A DNA stretch of 64,000 bases from Prosthecobacter sp. (lineage in GTDB: Bacteria; Verrucomicrobiota; Verrucomicrobiia; Verrucomicrobiales; Verrucomicrobiaceae), in the NCBI GenBank assembly GCA_039806835.1, contig JBDHQD010000006.1, positions 174,443 to 238,442 on the forward strand, given 5' to 3'. Shown in pieces: positions 25,052 to 33,785 of this stretch. A program made the position numbers and the translations under genes. Each line of letters begins with the position of its first letter. The stretch's first letter is position 1. The notes beneath the pieces are model-generated. The model was not told the DNA's origin. It saw only the letters and a program-made list of their open reading frames with translations, and did no database searches.

Positions 25052-28000
25052 ATGATTTCTCCGCTCCGCCTCTCCGCTGTTTTACTCCTGCTCCCCTGGC
25101 CCGCGCTCGCTCTTCAAGAAACCTGGGAGAGCGGGTATCGCGGGGCTGATAGCACTGGCAAACATGTGCTCGGACATTGGAGTTTTGATCAGGCAGACGG
25201 GCTGCGGCTGAATGGTGCTGTGCTGAACCCGAAGGGCAAGTTTGGCGGCGCGCTGGAGTCTTTCCCCGGCTTCCCCGTGGAAGACAAATGCCACGCCGCC
25301 GTGGTGAACGTGCGTCCCGTGACGGGAGCCTTCACGCTGGAGATGTGGATCAAGCCGAAGGCGGAGTTTAAGCCGGAGCTGCGCTGCTATCTGCTCGATA
25401 AAAAATACGTCGAGCACACCGACTACCAGTGGCAGATCGGTCCGGCGGATAAAAACGGCCTGCGCACGATGTGGGTGACGCTCGGCTTTGGCTCTGAGTC
25501 AAAGGCGGTGTACTCGCTCCCGTTCAAACTCGAGACGGACGTTTGGCAGCATGTGGCCTTCACGTACGATGGGAATGGCAGTGGTAAATTTTATCTCAAT
25601 GGCACCGCGTGGGGCGGGGCGCAGGTGGGAGGCTTCAAGGCACTCGTCACAGGTCGCAGAGACCTCAGCATCGGCGATCGACTCGGCAGCAACTATGGCG
25701 GCTTCCCGGGGCTGATCGATGAAGTGCGCGTGTGCGACGGGGTGCTGAGCTTTGAGCGTGTCGCGCTGCGAGTGGCTGCCGCGCGCACGGTCTGGCGGCG
25801 CATGGAGAAAGGAACGCCCGTCTCGATTACGGTCACCAATCTTCGCCGCGAGCCGGTGAAGGGTGCGAAGCTCAGAGCAACTCTCGGCGGCAAGACCGAG
25901 AACTTCATCGTGCCCGAACTGGCCTCCGGCAAAGAATTCACGGCCAAGTATGCGCTCAACACGGGACTGAAAGCTGGCGAATATGAACTGCGCGCGGTCT
26001 TTGAGGCAGACGGTTACACCACTGAACAGGCTGCGGCGTTTCAGATCGTCGCGCGCATGCCGCCGCGCATGCCCGTGATCATGTGGGGTGCGAACGGGGA
26101 GGAAATTCCGCGCTTAAAGGATCTCGGCTTCACGCATTTCATCGGTCTGGGCGCATCCGTGGGAGACATCTGGCGACAAAAGCAACCGACGCTGCCGGAG
26201 CAGCCGGAGTGGATCGCAAAACAGCGCCAGATGCTCGATCGCGCGCTCGCCGCAGGTTTGGAGGTGGTCGCCACGCTCTCCCCTGGACGCTTCCTTGAGA
26301 GCGACCCGCAAAATCTGCGCGTGGACAGAAAAGGGAAAGCCTACGCGCGGCAGGACATCTGCGCGTCGCTGCCAGAGTTTGCGCCCTTTTTCCAGAACGT
26401 GGGTACGAGCATGGCAAAAGCGTATGGCGACCACCCAGCCTACACCACCACGCTCATTGACTCGGAGGTGAGAGACAATTCGCAGGTGAGCTTTAACGCC
26501 GTGGACGTGGAAGCGTATAAAAAGTTCGCAGGCACTGACATCCCCGCCGAGGTGATGACGAAATGGGGCGTGGATTGGACGAAGATGAAGGACTTCCCAC
26601 AGGATCGAGTGATCGAAGACGAGCATCCCATCCTCAAATACTACCGCTGGTTCTGGACGGTGGGAGATGGATGGAACGGTCTGCACTCTGCGCTGCACAA
26701 AGGCGTGAAGAGCACCGGTAGGCGTGATATGTGGACGTTCTTCGATCCCGCCGTGCGGCAGCCCAGCATCAGCGGCGCGGGCGGTGCTGTGGATGTGCTC
26801 TCTCACTGGACGTACACCTATCCCGATCCGCAGAGGATCGGTATGTGCGCAGATCAGCTCTTTGCCATGAGCGCGGCCAGCGGCAGGAATCAGCGCGTGA
26901 TGAAGATGACGCAGATCATCTGGTATCGTTCGCAGACGGCTCCCATCGGCAGCAAGGCTCCGGGAGATGTCGTCGCCTGGGAAGATCATGACCCCGACGC
27001 TGCCTACATCACCATCGCGCCGATGCACCTGAAGGAGGCGCTTTGGACCAAGATCGCGCGGCCCATCCAGGGCATCATGTATCATGGCTGGCAGTCGCTC
27101 GTTCCCACAGGCAGTCCGGGTGCCTATCGCTTCACTCATGCGGCCACGGCACCCGTGCTCAAGCAACTCATCCATGAGGTGATCGAGCCACTGGGGCCGA
27201 TGCTGATGAAAATCCCGGATGAGCGCAGTGAGGTCGCGTTCTTGGAGAGCTTCACTTCTCAGATGTTCGCCCACCGCGGTGGCTACGGCAGCAACACGAA
27301 CTGGGCAGCAGATGCGTGGCTGGCGCTCCAGCATGCGCACGTGCAGACGGACATCCTTTTCGAGGAGAAGCTGCTCAAAAAAGGCCTCAGTGGCCGCAAA
27401 GTGCTTGTCATGCCACACTGCGATGTGCTGACAAAGTCAGTCGTCGCGCGCATTGCCGAATGGCAGAAGAAAGGCGGCAAAATCCTCGCGGATGAATTTC
27501 TCTGCCCAGCACTGAAAGCCGACTTCACGATCCAGAGCTTCAAGCGCGAAAAGAAAGCCGCCGAGGATAAAGACAAGGTGCTGGCACTGGCGAAAACCCT
27601 CCGCAGTTTTTCCCTGCCGCAGAAGGCCCAGTGCGACAATCCAGAGATCATCGTGCGCACCCGCAAGTTCGGCGACGCGATGTATGTCTTTGTCGTCAAT
27701 GATCGCCGTGAATACGGCACCTATGTCGGCCAGCACAAGCTGGTCATGGAAAACGGACTGCCGAGCAAAGGCACCGTGAGTCTGAAGACCGACTCTGCGA
27801 GTGTGTATGAGATCACCGGCTCCGATCTCGTCATCCCCAAACGCGGAGCAGACGGAGTGATGAGCTGGCCGGTGGAGTTGGGGCCGTGTGATGGGAAAAT
27901 CTACCTCGTCCTGCCCAAGCCGCTGCTCGGCGTCGATCTGTCGGTGCCTGAGAGCGCGACTCTCAATCACACAGCAAAGATCACCGTGCGCATCAACACC

Positions 28001-28237
28001 ACTCAGGATGGCCCCGCCAAGGCGGTGATTCCCGTGCGCCTCGACATCCGTGATGCCAACAGCAATCTCGCTGAAGGCAGTGGCTGGTATGCTGCGGAAA
28101 ACGGCATGCTCGAAGTGCCGCTGGACCTGGCACCCAATGACGAGACGGGAACATGGGAGATTCGCGCGCGCGAGTTGGCCAGTGGCATGGAGACCGTGCG
28201 TTGGATGCGCGTGAATCAAGCACCGCCAGCCCAGTAA
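25052..28237 (+). CDS. Large secreted LamG (concanavalin-A-like) domain protein with Ig-like and putative glycoside-hydrolase-like regions
   Basis: Signal peptide MISPLRLSAVLLLLPWPALA. LamG_3-like segment ending in GFPGLIDEVRVCDGVL, then a beta-sandwich-like segment (VSITVTNLRREPVKGAKL...). A long C-terminal region (MPVIMWGANGEEIPRLKDLGFTHFIGL...) has an unverified fold. The track ORF start at 24764 is an upstream stop-free extension. Confidence 0.75.
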   Translation: MISPLRLSAVLLLLPWPALALQETWESGYRGADSTGKHVLGHWSFDQADGLRLNGAVLNPKGKFGGALESFPGFPVEDKCHAAVVNVRPVTGAFTLEMWIKPKAEFKPELRCYLLDKKYVEHTDYQWQIGPADKNGLRTMWVTLGFGSESKAVYSLPFKLETDVWQHVAFTYDGNGSGKFYLNGTAWGGAQVGGFKALVTGRRDLSIGDRLGSNYGGFPGLIDEVRVCDGVLSFERVALRVAAARTVWRRMEKGTPVSITVTNLRREPVKGAKLRATLGGKTENFIVPELASGKEFTAKYALNTGLKAGEYELRAVFEADGYTTEQAAAFQIVARMPPRMPVIMWGANGEEIPRLKDLGFTHFIGLGASVGDIWRQKQPTLPEQPEWIAKQRQMLDRALAAGLEVVATLSPGRFLESDPQNLRVDRKGKAYARQDICASLPEFAPFFQNVGTSMAKAYGDHPAYTTTLIDSEVRDNSQVSFNAVDVEAYKKFAGTDIPAEVMTKWGVDWTKMKDFPQDRVIEDEHPILKYYRWFWTVGDGWNGLHSALHKGVKSTGRRDMWTFFDPAVRQPSISGAGGAVDVLSHWTYTYPDPQRIGMCADQLFAMSAASGRNQRVMKMTQIIWYRSQTAPIGSKAPGDVVAWEDHDPDAAYITIAPMHLKEALWTKIARPIQGIMYHGWQSLVPTGSPGAYRFTHAATAPVLKQLIHEVIEPLGPMLMKIPDERSEVAFLESFTSQMFAHRGGYGSNTNWAADAWLALQHAHVQTDILFEEKLLKKGLSGRKVLVMPHCDVLTKSVVARIAEWQKKGGKILADEFLCPALKADFTIQSFKREKKAAEDKDKVLALAKTLRSFSLPQKAQCDNPEIIVRTRKFGDAMYVFVVNDRREYGTYVGQHKLVMENGLPSKGTVSLKTDSASVYEITGSDLVIPKRGADGVMSWPVELGPCDGKIYLVLPKPLLGVDLSVPESATLNHTAKITVRINTTQDGPAKAVIPVRLDIRDANSNLAEGSGWYAAENGMLEVPLDLAPNDETGTWEIRARELASGMETVRWMRVNQAPPAQ

Positions 28238-28270
28238 TGCTGCTGTGCGCGCTCTCTCGCTGCTGCTTGT

Positions 28271-29557
28271 TTAGAGAAGCATCAGCGCGGGGCTTTCCAG
28301 CAGCTTGCGCATTTCGGCAAGGAAGGTGGCGGCGACAGCCCCATCGACCACACGGTGGTCGCCACTGAGGCCGATCCACATGCGCTGACCCACGACGATC
28401 TGGCCCTTGTCATTGATTACGGGCGTCTTGCGGATGCTACCGATGGCGACGATGGCGGCCTGCGGCGGATTGATGATGGCGGCGAATTGATCGATGCCAT
28501 ACGCGCCGAGGTTGGACACGGTGATGGTGCCGCCGGTGAAGTCATCCGGGCTGAGTTTCTTGTTCTTGGCTTTGCCGGCGAGGTCTTTCACGCTCTGGCT
28601 GATTTCCAGCAGCGTTTTCTTTTCCGCCTGTTTGATGACGGGCGTGACGAGGCCGTCGTCGATGGCGATGGCGACGCTGAGGCCGACGGATTTGAATTTG
28701 ACGATGGCATCGCCATCCCAGGCGGCATTGATCGCGGGCTGGGCTTGTGCGGCGCAGATGACGGACTTCAGAATGAAGTCGTTGACGGTGTACTTGTTGC
28801 CGCCGGTTTTTTCCGCCGTGGCGTTCAAGTGCGCGCGGAATTCCATGAGCGGCGCGGCATCGACTTCCATCTGGAGATAGAAGTGCGGGATCTGTGTCTT
28901 CGAAGCCAGCAAGCGCTCGGCGATGATGTTGCGCATCGTGCTGGTGGCGACGCGCTCGTCTTCCGGGCCATAGGTCGGGCGGATCGCGGGTGTGGCAGCC
29001 ACGCGGCCAGTGGCACCGCCAGCGGGAGCGTTTTCCACATCAAAGCGGACAATGCGCCCGCCAGGGCCAGTGCCTACGAGGGTGGCGAGATTGATCCCAC
29101 GCTCAGCGGCGATCTTTCTCGCCAGAGGGGAGGCTTTCACGCGCGCGCCATTGTCCGCAGTGGCACTGCGGCGCACGGGACGTGGTGCCAGCGGGAGGCG
29201 CGGGCCAGATGCGGCAACAGCTTGAGTGGTGGCTGCGGGAGATTTTTTCTGCGCCACCGGAGCGGCGGCAGCCTGCGCTTGCGCGATGAGTTCGTCGAGA
29301 TTGGCGGGCGCGGCTTCACCTTCTTCCAGCAAAACGGCGATGGGCGCATTGAGGGGCACTTTGGCTCCGGGCTGGATGACGATCTTGTGCAGGACGCCTT
29401 CAAACGGACTGGCGTACTCCATCGTCGCTTTGTCAGTCTCGATATCGGCGATGACTTTGCCGATGGCGACGGCATCTCCCTCTTTGACCGTCCACTTGGC
29501 GAGGGTGCCCTCGGTCATGGTGTCGCTGAGTTTGGGCATTTCGATGATCTTGGGCAT
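28271..29557 (-). CDS. pdhC: Pyruvate dehydrogenase complex E2 (dihydrolipoyllysine-residue acetyltransferase)
   Basis: Single lipoyl domain (MPKLSDTMTEGTLAKW...IETDKATMEY), an Ala/Pro linker, a subunit-binding domain (ASPLARKIAAERGINL) and a catalytic SGDHRVVDGA. Confidence 0.9.
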   Translation of the reverse strand: MPKIIEMPKLSDTMTEGTLAKWTVKEGDAVAIGKVIADIETDKATMEYASPFEGVLHKIVIQPGAKVPLNAPIAVLLEEGEAAPANLDELIAQAQAAAAPVAQKKSPAATTQAVAASGPRLPLAPRPVRRSATADNGARVKASPLARKIAAERGINLATLVGTGPGGRIVRFDVENAPAGGATGRVAATPAIRPTYGPEDERVATSTMRNIIAERLLASKTQIPHFYLQMEVDAAPLMEFRAHLNATAEKTGGNKYTVNDFILKSVICAAQAQPAINAAWDGDAIVKFKSVGLSVAIAIDDGLVTPVIKQAEKKTLLEISQSVKDLAGKAKNKKLSPDDFTGGTITVSNLGAYGIDQFAAIINPPQAAIVAIGSIRKTPVINDKGQIVVGQRMWIGLSGDHRVVDGAVAATFLAEMRKLLESPALMLL

Positions 29558-29604
29558 GGCGCTGAAATTTTAGCAGGTGGGAGAATGAAGAAAGGAATGT
29601 ATGA

Positions 29605-30600
29605 TCAGCAAATGCCGAGCGCTTTGGCGACGACGACATCAGCGGTGGGAAGCTGAATGGCTTCAAGTGGCGGGCTGTAGATCGCAGGAGCGTCGAGGCT
29701 GCACACGCGCTGCACGGGAGCGTCGAGTTCATCGAAGATGCGTTCCTGGATCATGTAGGCGATCTGCGCGCCGATGCCGCAGAAGGGCTTGTTTTCTTCG
29801 ACGTAGATGGCGCGATGCGTTTTCGCGACGGAGTCGAGGATGGTGTCCTCATCCAGCGGGCGGATCGAGCGGAGATCGACCACTTCCGCATGAATGCCGT
29901 GCTCTTCTTCGAGGATGCGCGCGGCCTCCAGGCAGGTGAGGACGGCCTTGCCGTGGGCGATGAGTGAGATGTCGCTGCCCACGCGTTTCACATCAGCCAG
30001 ACCGAGCGGGATGAAGAGTTCGCCGCCGGGCAGTTCATCATTGGCGGGCACGTCCCATTTTTCGCCATAGAGCTTGGTGCTCTCCATGAACATGACAGGA
30101 TCGTTGTCGCGGATGGCGGCCTTCATGAGGCCCTTGGCGTCGTAGGCGTTGCTGGGGCACACGCACTTCATGCCGGGGAAGTTCGCCATGATGTTCTCCG
30201 GCGTGTGGGAATGTGTCGCGCCGACGCTGGTGCCGCCGTTGGCCGGGCCGCGGATGACGATGGGGCAGTTGATCTTGCCGCCGGACATGTAGCGCACCAT
30301 CGCGCCGTTGTTGACGATCTGATCCCAGGCCACGGTGTAGAAGCTCCAGAACATCAGTTCCATCACCGGGCGCACGCCGAGCATGCTGGCACCGATGCCC
30401 ATGCCGATGAAGCCTGCTTCGCTGATCGGTGTGTCCACGAGGCGTTTGTCTCCCCATTTATCCCACAGGCCTTCGGTCACTTTGTAGGCACCGTTGTATT
30501 GCGCCACCTCCTCGCCCATGACGACGACCATGGGATCGCGGGCAATTTCCTCATCGAGGGCTTCACGGACGGCTTCGCGATAGGTGATTTGGCGGGGCAT
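29605..30600 (-). CDS. pdhB: Pyruvate / 2-oxoacid dehydrogenase E1 component beta subunit
   Basis: Typical E1-beta sequence (ITYREAVREALDEEIARDP..VVMGEEV..YNGAYKVT.GL...DTPISEAGF.GMGIGA). 331 aa, directly upstream of E2. Confidence 0.92.
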   Translation of the reverse strand: MPRQITYREAVREALDEEIARDPMVVVMGEEVAQYNGAYKVTEGLWDKWGDKRLVDTPISEAGFIGMGIGASMLGVRPVMELMFWSFYTVAWDQIVNNGAMVRYMSGGKINCPIVIRGPANGGTSVGATHSHTPENIMANFPGMKCVCPSNAYDAKGLMKAAIRDNDPVMFMESTKLYGEKWDVPANDELPGGELFIPLGLADVKRVGSDISLIAHGKAVLTCLEAARILEEEHGIHAEVVDLRSIRPLDEDTILDSVAKTHRAIYVEENKPFCGIGAQIAYMIQERIFDELDAPVQRVCSLDAPAIYSPPLEAIQLPTADVVVAKALGIC

Positions 30601-30970
30601 GGTGGGTTTTGCGGGGGGCAGTAAGTCGGGGAAGGTGAGGGCGGTGTCAAGCTGGGGTGCTCATCGCGAGGCGGTCACTGTCCGTGAGGCCGGATCGCCA
30701 CGTCTTGAGCACAAAAAGGCAACTTTAGGCCGTTTTATAAGGAAAACTTAACTTTTTCTCGAAATGATATTGACGACCCTCGGAAGATTTAGTTGAAGAG
30801 GGCTAGCACTTCCATCCCCTGTGACGCCACCGCTCAGCTCCGCCCCGACGCCGGACACAAACTTGCTCAAAAAAAACGAGCGAAGTGTGGAAGTTCTGAT
30901 ATTCTGCGCACCCCCCGCGTCTCGCGCTGGGGGCAAAGATTGTACTCTTTGTTTCGTAATACCCCAATAA

Positions 30971-31870
30971 ATGCTCAACATGGAACTCGACGGAGGCATC
31001 AAGATTTACCTGCGTGAGATTGGCAAGACTGACTTGCTGACTCCCGATCAGGAAGTCGAGCTTGCCGAACGCATCAAGCGTGGCGACCCCGAGGCCCGTT
31101 CGCACATGATCCGTGCGAACCTGCGCCTCGTCGTGAAGATCGCCCAAGATTACGCCAATTACGGTCTGCCGCTTCTCGACCTCATCTCTGAAGGCAACAT
31201 CGGCCTCATGAAGGCCGTGGAACGCTTTGACCCGAACAAAGGCGGCAAACTTTCCACCTATGCCGCATGGTGGATCAAACAATCCATCAAGCGCGCCCTC
31301 GCCAACCAGTCCAAGACGATCCGCCTGCCTGTCCACATGGTGGACAAGATCAGCAAGATGCGCCGCGTTGCCATGGCGATGTCTGAGGAACTCGGACGCG
31401 AACCGACGGACGATGAATTGTCCGACGAAATCGGCATCGACCGTGCGAAGCTGAGCCAACTCAAGGTTGCCTCCATGCGTCCTGCGTCCCTCGACGCGCC
31501 GATCAGCGATGATGACAGCACGGAATTCGGCGAAATCGTCGGCGACGAAAACGCGCAGACGCCCTTCGAACTGCTTTCGCACAAGAACATGCACGGCCAG
31601 CTCGATGGCTTGCTCACCGTGCTCGACGAGCGCGAGCGCAAGATCATCGACGCCCGCTTTGGCCTCGCTGGCCAGAAGCCGCGCACGCTGGAAGAAGTCG
31701 GCCAGGAGTTCGGCGTCACGCGCGAACGTATCCGCCAGCTTCAAAACATCGCACTGCGCAAGCTGCGCCGTGCTCTTCAGAAGAAAGAAGACCCGATCCC
31801 GAAAGCGCTGCGTAACGCTGGCAGCAAGAAAAAGAAAAAGAAGGCTGCCGCCGAAGCTGCTGAAGAGTAA
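30971..31870 (+). CDS. rpoD: Sigma-70 family RNA polymerase sigma factor, RpoD-like short form (regions 1.2-4, no region 1.1)
   Basis: Region 2: ANLRLVVKIAQDYANYGLPLLDLISEGNIGLMKAVERFDPNKGGKLSTYAAWWIKQSI. Region 3: TIRLPVHMV. Region 4: TLEEVGQEFGVTRERIRQLQNIALRKLR. Unusual tail GSKKKKKKAAAEAAEE. Confidence 0.9.
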   Translation: MLNMELDGGIKIYLREIGKTDLLTPDQEVELAERIKRGDPEARSHMIRANLRLVVKIAQDYANYGLPLLDLISEGNIGLMKAVERFDPNKGGKLSTYAAWWIKQSIKRALANQSKTIRLPVHMVDKISKMRRVAMAMSEELGREPTDDELSDEIGIDRAKLSQLKVASMRPASLDAPISDDDSTEFGEIVGDENAQTPFELLSHKNMHGQLDGLLTVLDERERKIIDARFGLAGQKPRTLEEVGQEFGVTRERIRQLQNIALRKLRRALQKKEDPIPKALRNAGSKKKKKKAAAEAAEE

Positions 31871-31887
31871 GAATCACAACCCACGAG

Positions 31888-31916
31888 GCCGGAGCTGCGA
31901 AGCTCCGGCTTTTTTT
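31888..31916 (+). terminator. Rho-independent terminator after the sigma gene
   Basis: Perfect 9-bp stem GCCGGAGCT (31888-31896) / AGCTCCGGC (31901-31909), GCGA tetraloop, then T7 (31910-31916). Confidence 0.85.
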
Positions 31917-31997
31917 GATGATGATCATGCTGGCTCTCTTGAGCGTGAAATTCACACGCATTGCCTGCACGTCTGCCTTCGTACATAATGCGCTTGC

Positions 31998-33581
31998 ATG
32001 ATCCGGCCCCATCCGCCGAACGAATCACCCGCCGAAAAGCCCTGTCACAGCGGTGAGGAGGGCGCGTGGGTATCGCCTTGGGCCTTGGATGAGGAATGGC
32101 GAGACGCCCCGAAAGCCAAGCGAGGCAGTGCTCTCTTTGCGAATGAAGCGGCAGCTCCACAGCCGCCATCAACTCCATCTCCTGACGCAGCGCCTGCACC
32201 GCAAGCCGCTCCGGTGATAAAAAAAACTGCCACTGCGGCGGAGTCGCCCACACCACGCATGCCCGTGCTGGGGAGAATCAGCGCACCGCGTGCCGCATCT
32301 GATTCCCTTCGTCGTGCGAATTCCTGGGGCACTTTGGTGTTTCTCAGCATGGGGGCACTGGCGTTTGCCTTCATCGCCTGGACCTACCTTGAGGATGAAA
32401 AGACCGTCGGCTTCGATCAAGATTTACTGCTTCGTCCTCCGATCGATCAGGCCCCCACGATCAGCACGCCAGAGAAACTGCGGAAGTTTCTCGACTCCCT
32501 GAAATCCTTGGATGCCCCCGCAGAGAGGAGACCACCGTGGCTGTGGGACACTCCCACACTCGCGCGCGCTATGCAGTCAAACGGTGTCGCCTTGGACAAC
32601 CTGCGCGACCTCCTCGAAGATGCAGACTGGCATCCCCACCACTCCTCTTGGCATGCTGAGGACATGGGCAGTGATCCGCGCTGGCATCAGGCCATGTTGT
32701 TGAAGCAAGTCGAAGCGGCCTATCTCTCACGGCGCCGCCTCGAAGAAGATGCCTTCACCGCCGCCATCGATCTCGCCGAGATCGGGTGGCGTCTTGAGCA
32801 GATGCGTGCCTGGCCTTCCTTTTATCAGCGCTCATTGGAGGCGCACATGCGCGCCGCGCAGACGCTGGCCGACCTCCTGCGGCAGACCAAACTGCCGGAA
32901 AACACTCTGCGCCAGTTTCAGCGTCAGTTCAGCGTCTGCCAGCCATCCACCGAGATGTTGGTGGAAAGGATGAACGCATCCTATGTGCACGAGAAAAAAC
33001 TCATCCTCGGCCCGAAGAGTGGAGAGAATCTCGACACCATGCCCGGCGGCGTTCAGTTGCAGCGTCCAGGTCGCCTGTTGTTCAAACCTCACGCAACGGT
33101 GCGGCTTTTCGCAGAAGCATTCCGGCAGTTGCGTGACGAGGCAAAGGCTCCACTCGCCCAGGCATCGGAAGTACAACTCAAAAACGCACCGGAGGCAGGA
33201 GGAGGAATCAAGCCGAATGCAGAAGGCGGTGCCTATTTCATGCAGCGCATGAAAATCTACACACCGCTGCCTGCATTCCTCGGACTCGCGCGTGCTCGTG
33301 GAAATCTCATCATCACACTGTTTGCCGTGCGGCGTTGCATCGCAGAAAAAAAAGCTCTCCCCAGCTCTTTGGATCAGTTGCGCAGCCTCCATTTCCTACT
33401 CGACGTGCCGCTCGATCCCTTTACAGGCGCGCCACTGCACTTCGAGCCCTCACGAGGCATGATCTGGTCTGTGGGCAACGATCTGAAGTCCACCGGAGGC
33501 CGACCGACAGAACCGCCGATGGAAGACGCCACTGAGCCTACGCTGGAGATCGGCGTCGCAGTCGCGAACGCCGTGAAGTAG
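31998..33581 (+). CDS. Hypothetical single-pass membrane protein (Pro/Ala-rich N-terminus, large extracytoplasmic domain)
   Basis: One clear TM helix (GTLVFLSMGALAFAFIAWTYL). Codon usage after it looks coding. An alternative start at ATG 32259 (MPVLGRIS...) is plausible because 31998-32258 has visibly lower third-position GC. No domain recognised. Confidence 0.6.
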   Translation: MIRPHPPNESPAEKPCHSGEEGAWVSPWALDEEWRDAPKAKRGSALFANEAAAPQPPSTPSPDAAPAPQAAPVIKKTATAAESPTPRMPVLGRISAPRAASDSLRRANSWGTLVFLSMGALAFAFIAWTYLEDEKTVGFDQDLLLRPPIDQAPTISTPEKLRKFLDSLKSLDAPAERRPPWLWDTPTLARAMQSNGVALDNLRDLLEDADWHPHHSSWHAEDMGSDPRWHQAMLLKQVEAAYLSRRRLEEDAFTAAIDLAEIGWRLEQMRAWPSFYQRSLEAHMRAAQTLADLLRQTKLPENTLRQFQRQFSVCQPSTEMLVERMNASYVHEKKLILGPKSGENLDTMPGGVQLQRPGRLLFKPHATVRLFAEAFRQLRDEAKAPLAQASEVQLKNAPEAGGGIKPNAEGGAYFMQRMKIYTPLPAFLGLARARGNLIITLFAVRRCIAEKKALPSSLDQLRSLHFLLDVPLDPFTGAPLHFEPSRGMIWSVGNDLKSTGGRPTEPPMEDATEPTLEIGVAVANAVK

Positions 33582-33785
33582 GCCATTTGCACCAAGGCAT
33601 TTTCTGAAAGAGCGTTCGATGGCACCAGCCTCCCGGCGAAAGTGGATGAGGACAGCGAGGGGGGCGCACTTTCTATCTCGCGGTGAATCGTGATTCAGAC
33701 ATGACGAGGTTCATTTGCGATCCAGAGATGGTGGGAAAGAGACAAACTCTTTGACCAGCGCGCTGCGAGTCGGAATCGTGGCTCC

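Noticed and set aside
26114-27418. 434-aa ORF on the minus strand
   Set aside because: It is antisense to the LamG-domain gene. It has an Arg/His-rich composition, no motifs and no plausible neighbouring operon partner.
28355-29656. 433-aa ORF on the plus strand
   Set aside because: It is antisense to PDH E2 and to the end of E1-beta. Gly/Asp/Arg low-complexity composition.
30601-30970. Hidden ncRNA, riboswitch or pdhA pseudogene in the 370-nt pdhB/sigma intergenic region
   Set aside because: The short ORFs here (30748-31002 minus, 30793-31017 plus) have no E1-alpha-like sequence. I recognise no riboswitch or 6S/SRP/RNase P-like conserved core by eye. This remains unresolved without an Infernal/Rfam scan.
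30803-31744. 313-aa ORF on the minus strand that would sit where a pdhA gene might be expected
   Set aside because: It is antisense to the RpoD-like sigma gene and has no TPP-binding or E1-alpha motifs. The sigma frame has textbook regions 2-4, so this ORF is an artefact.
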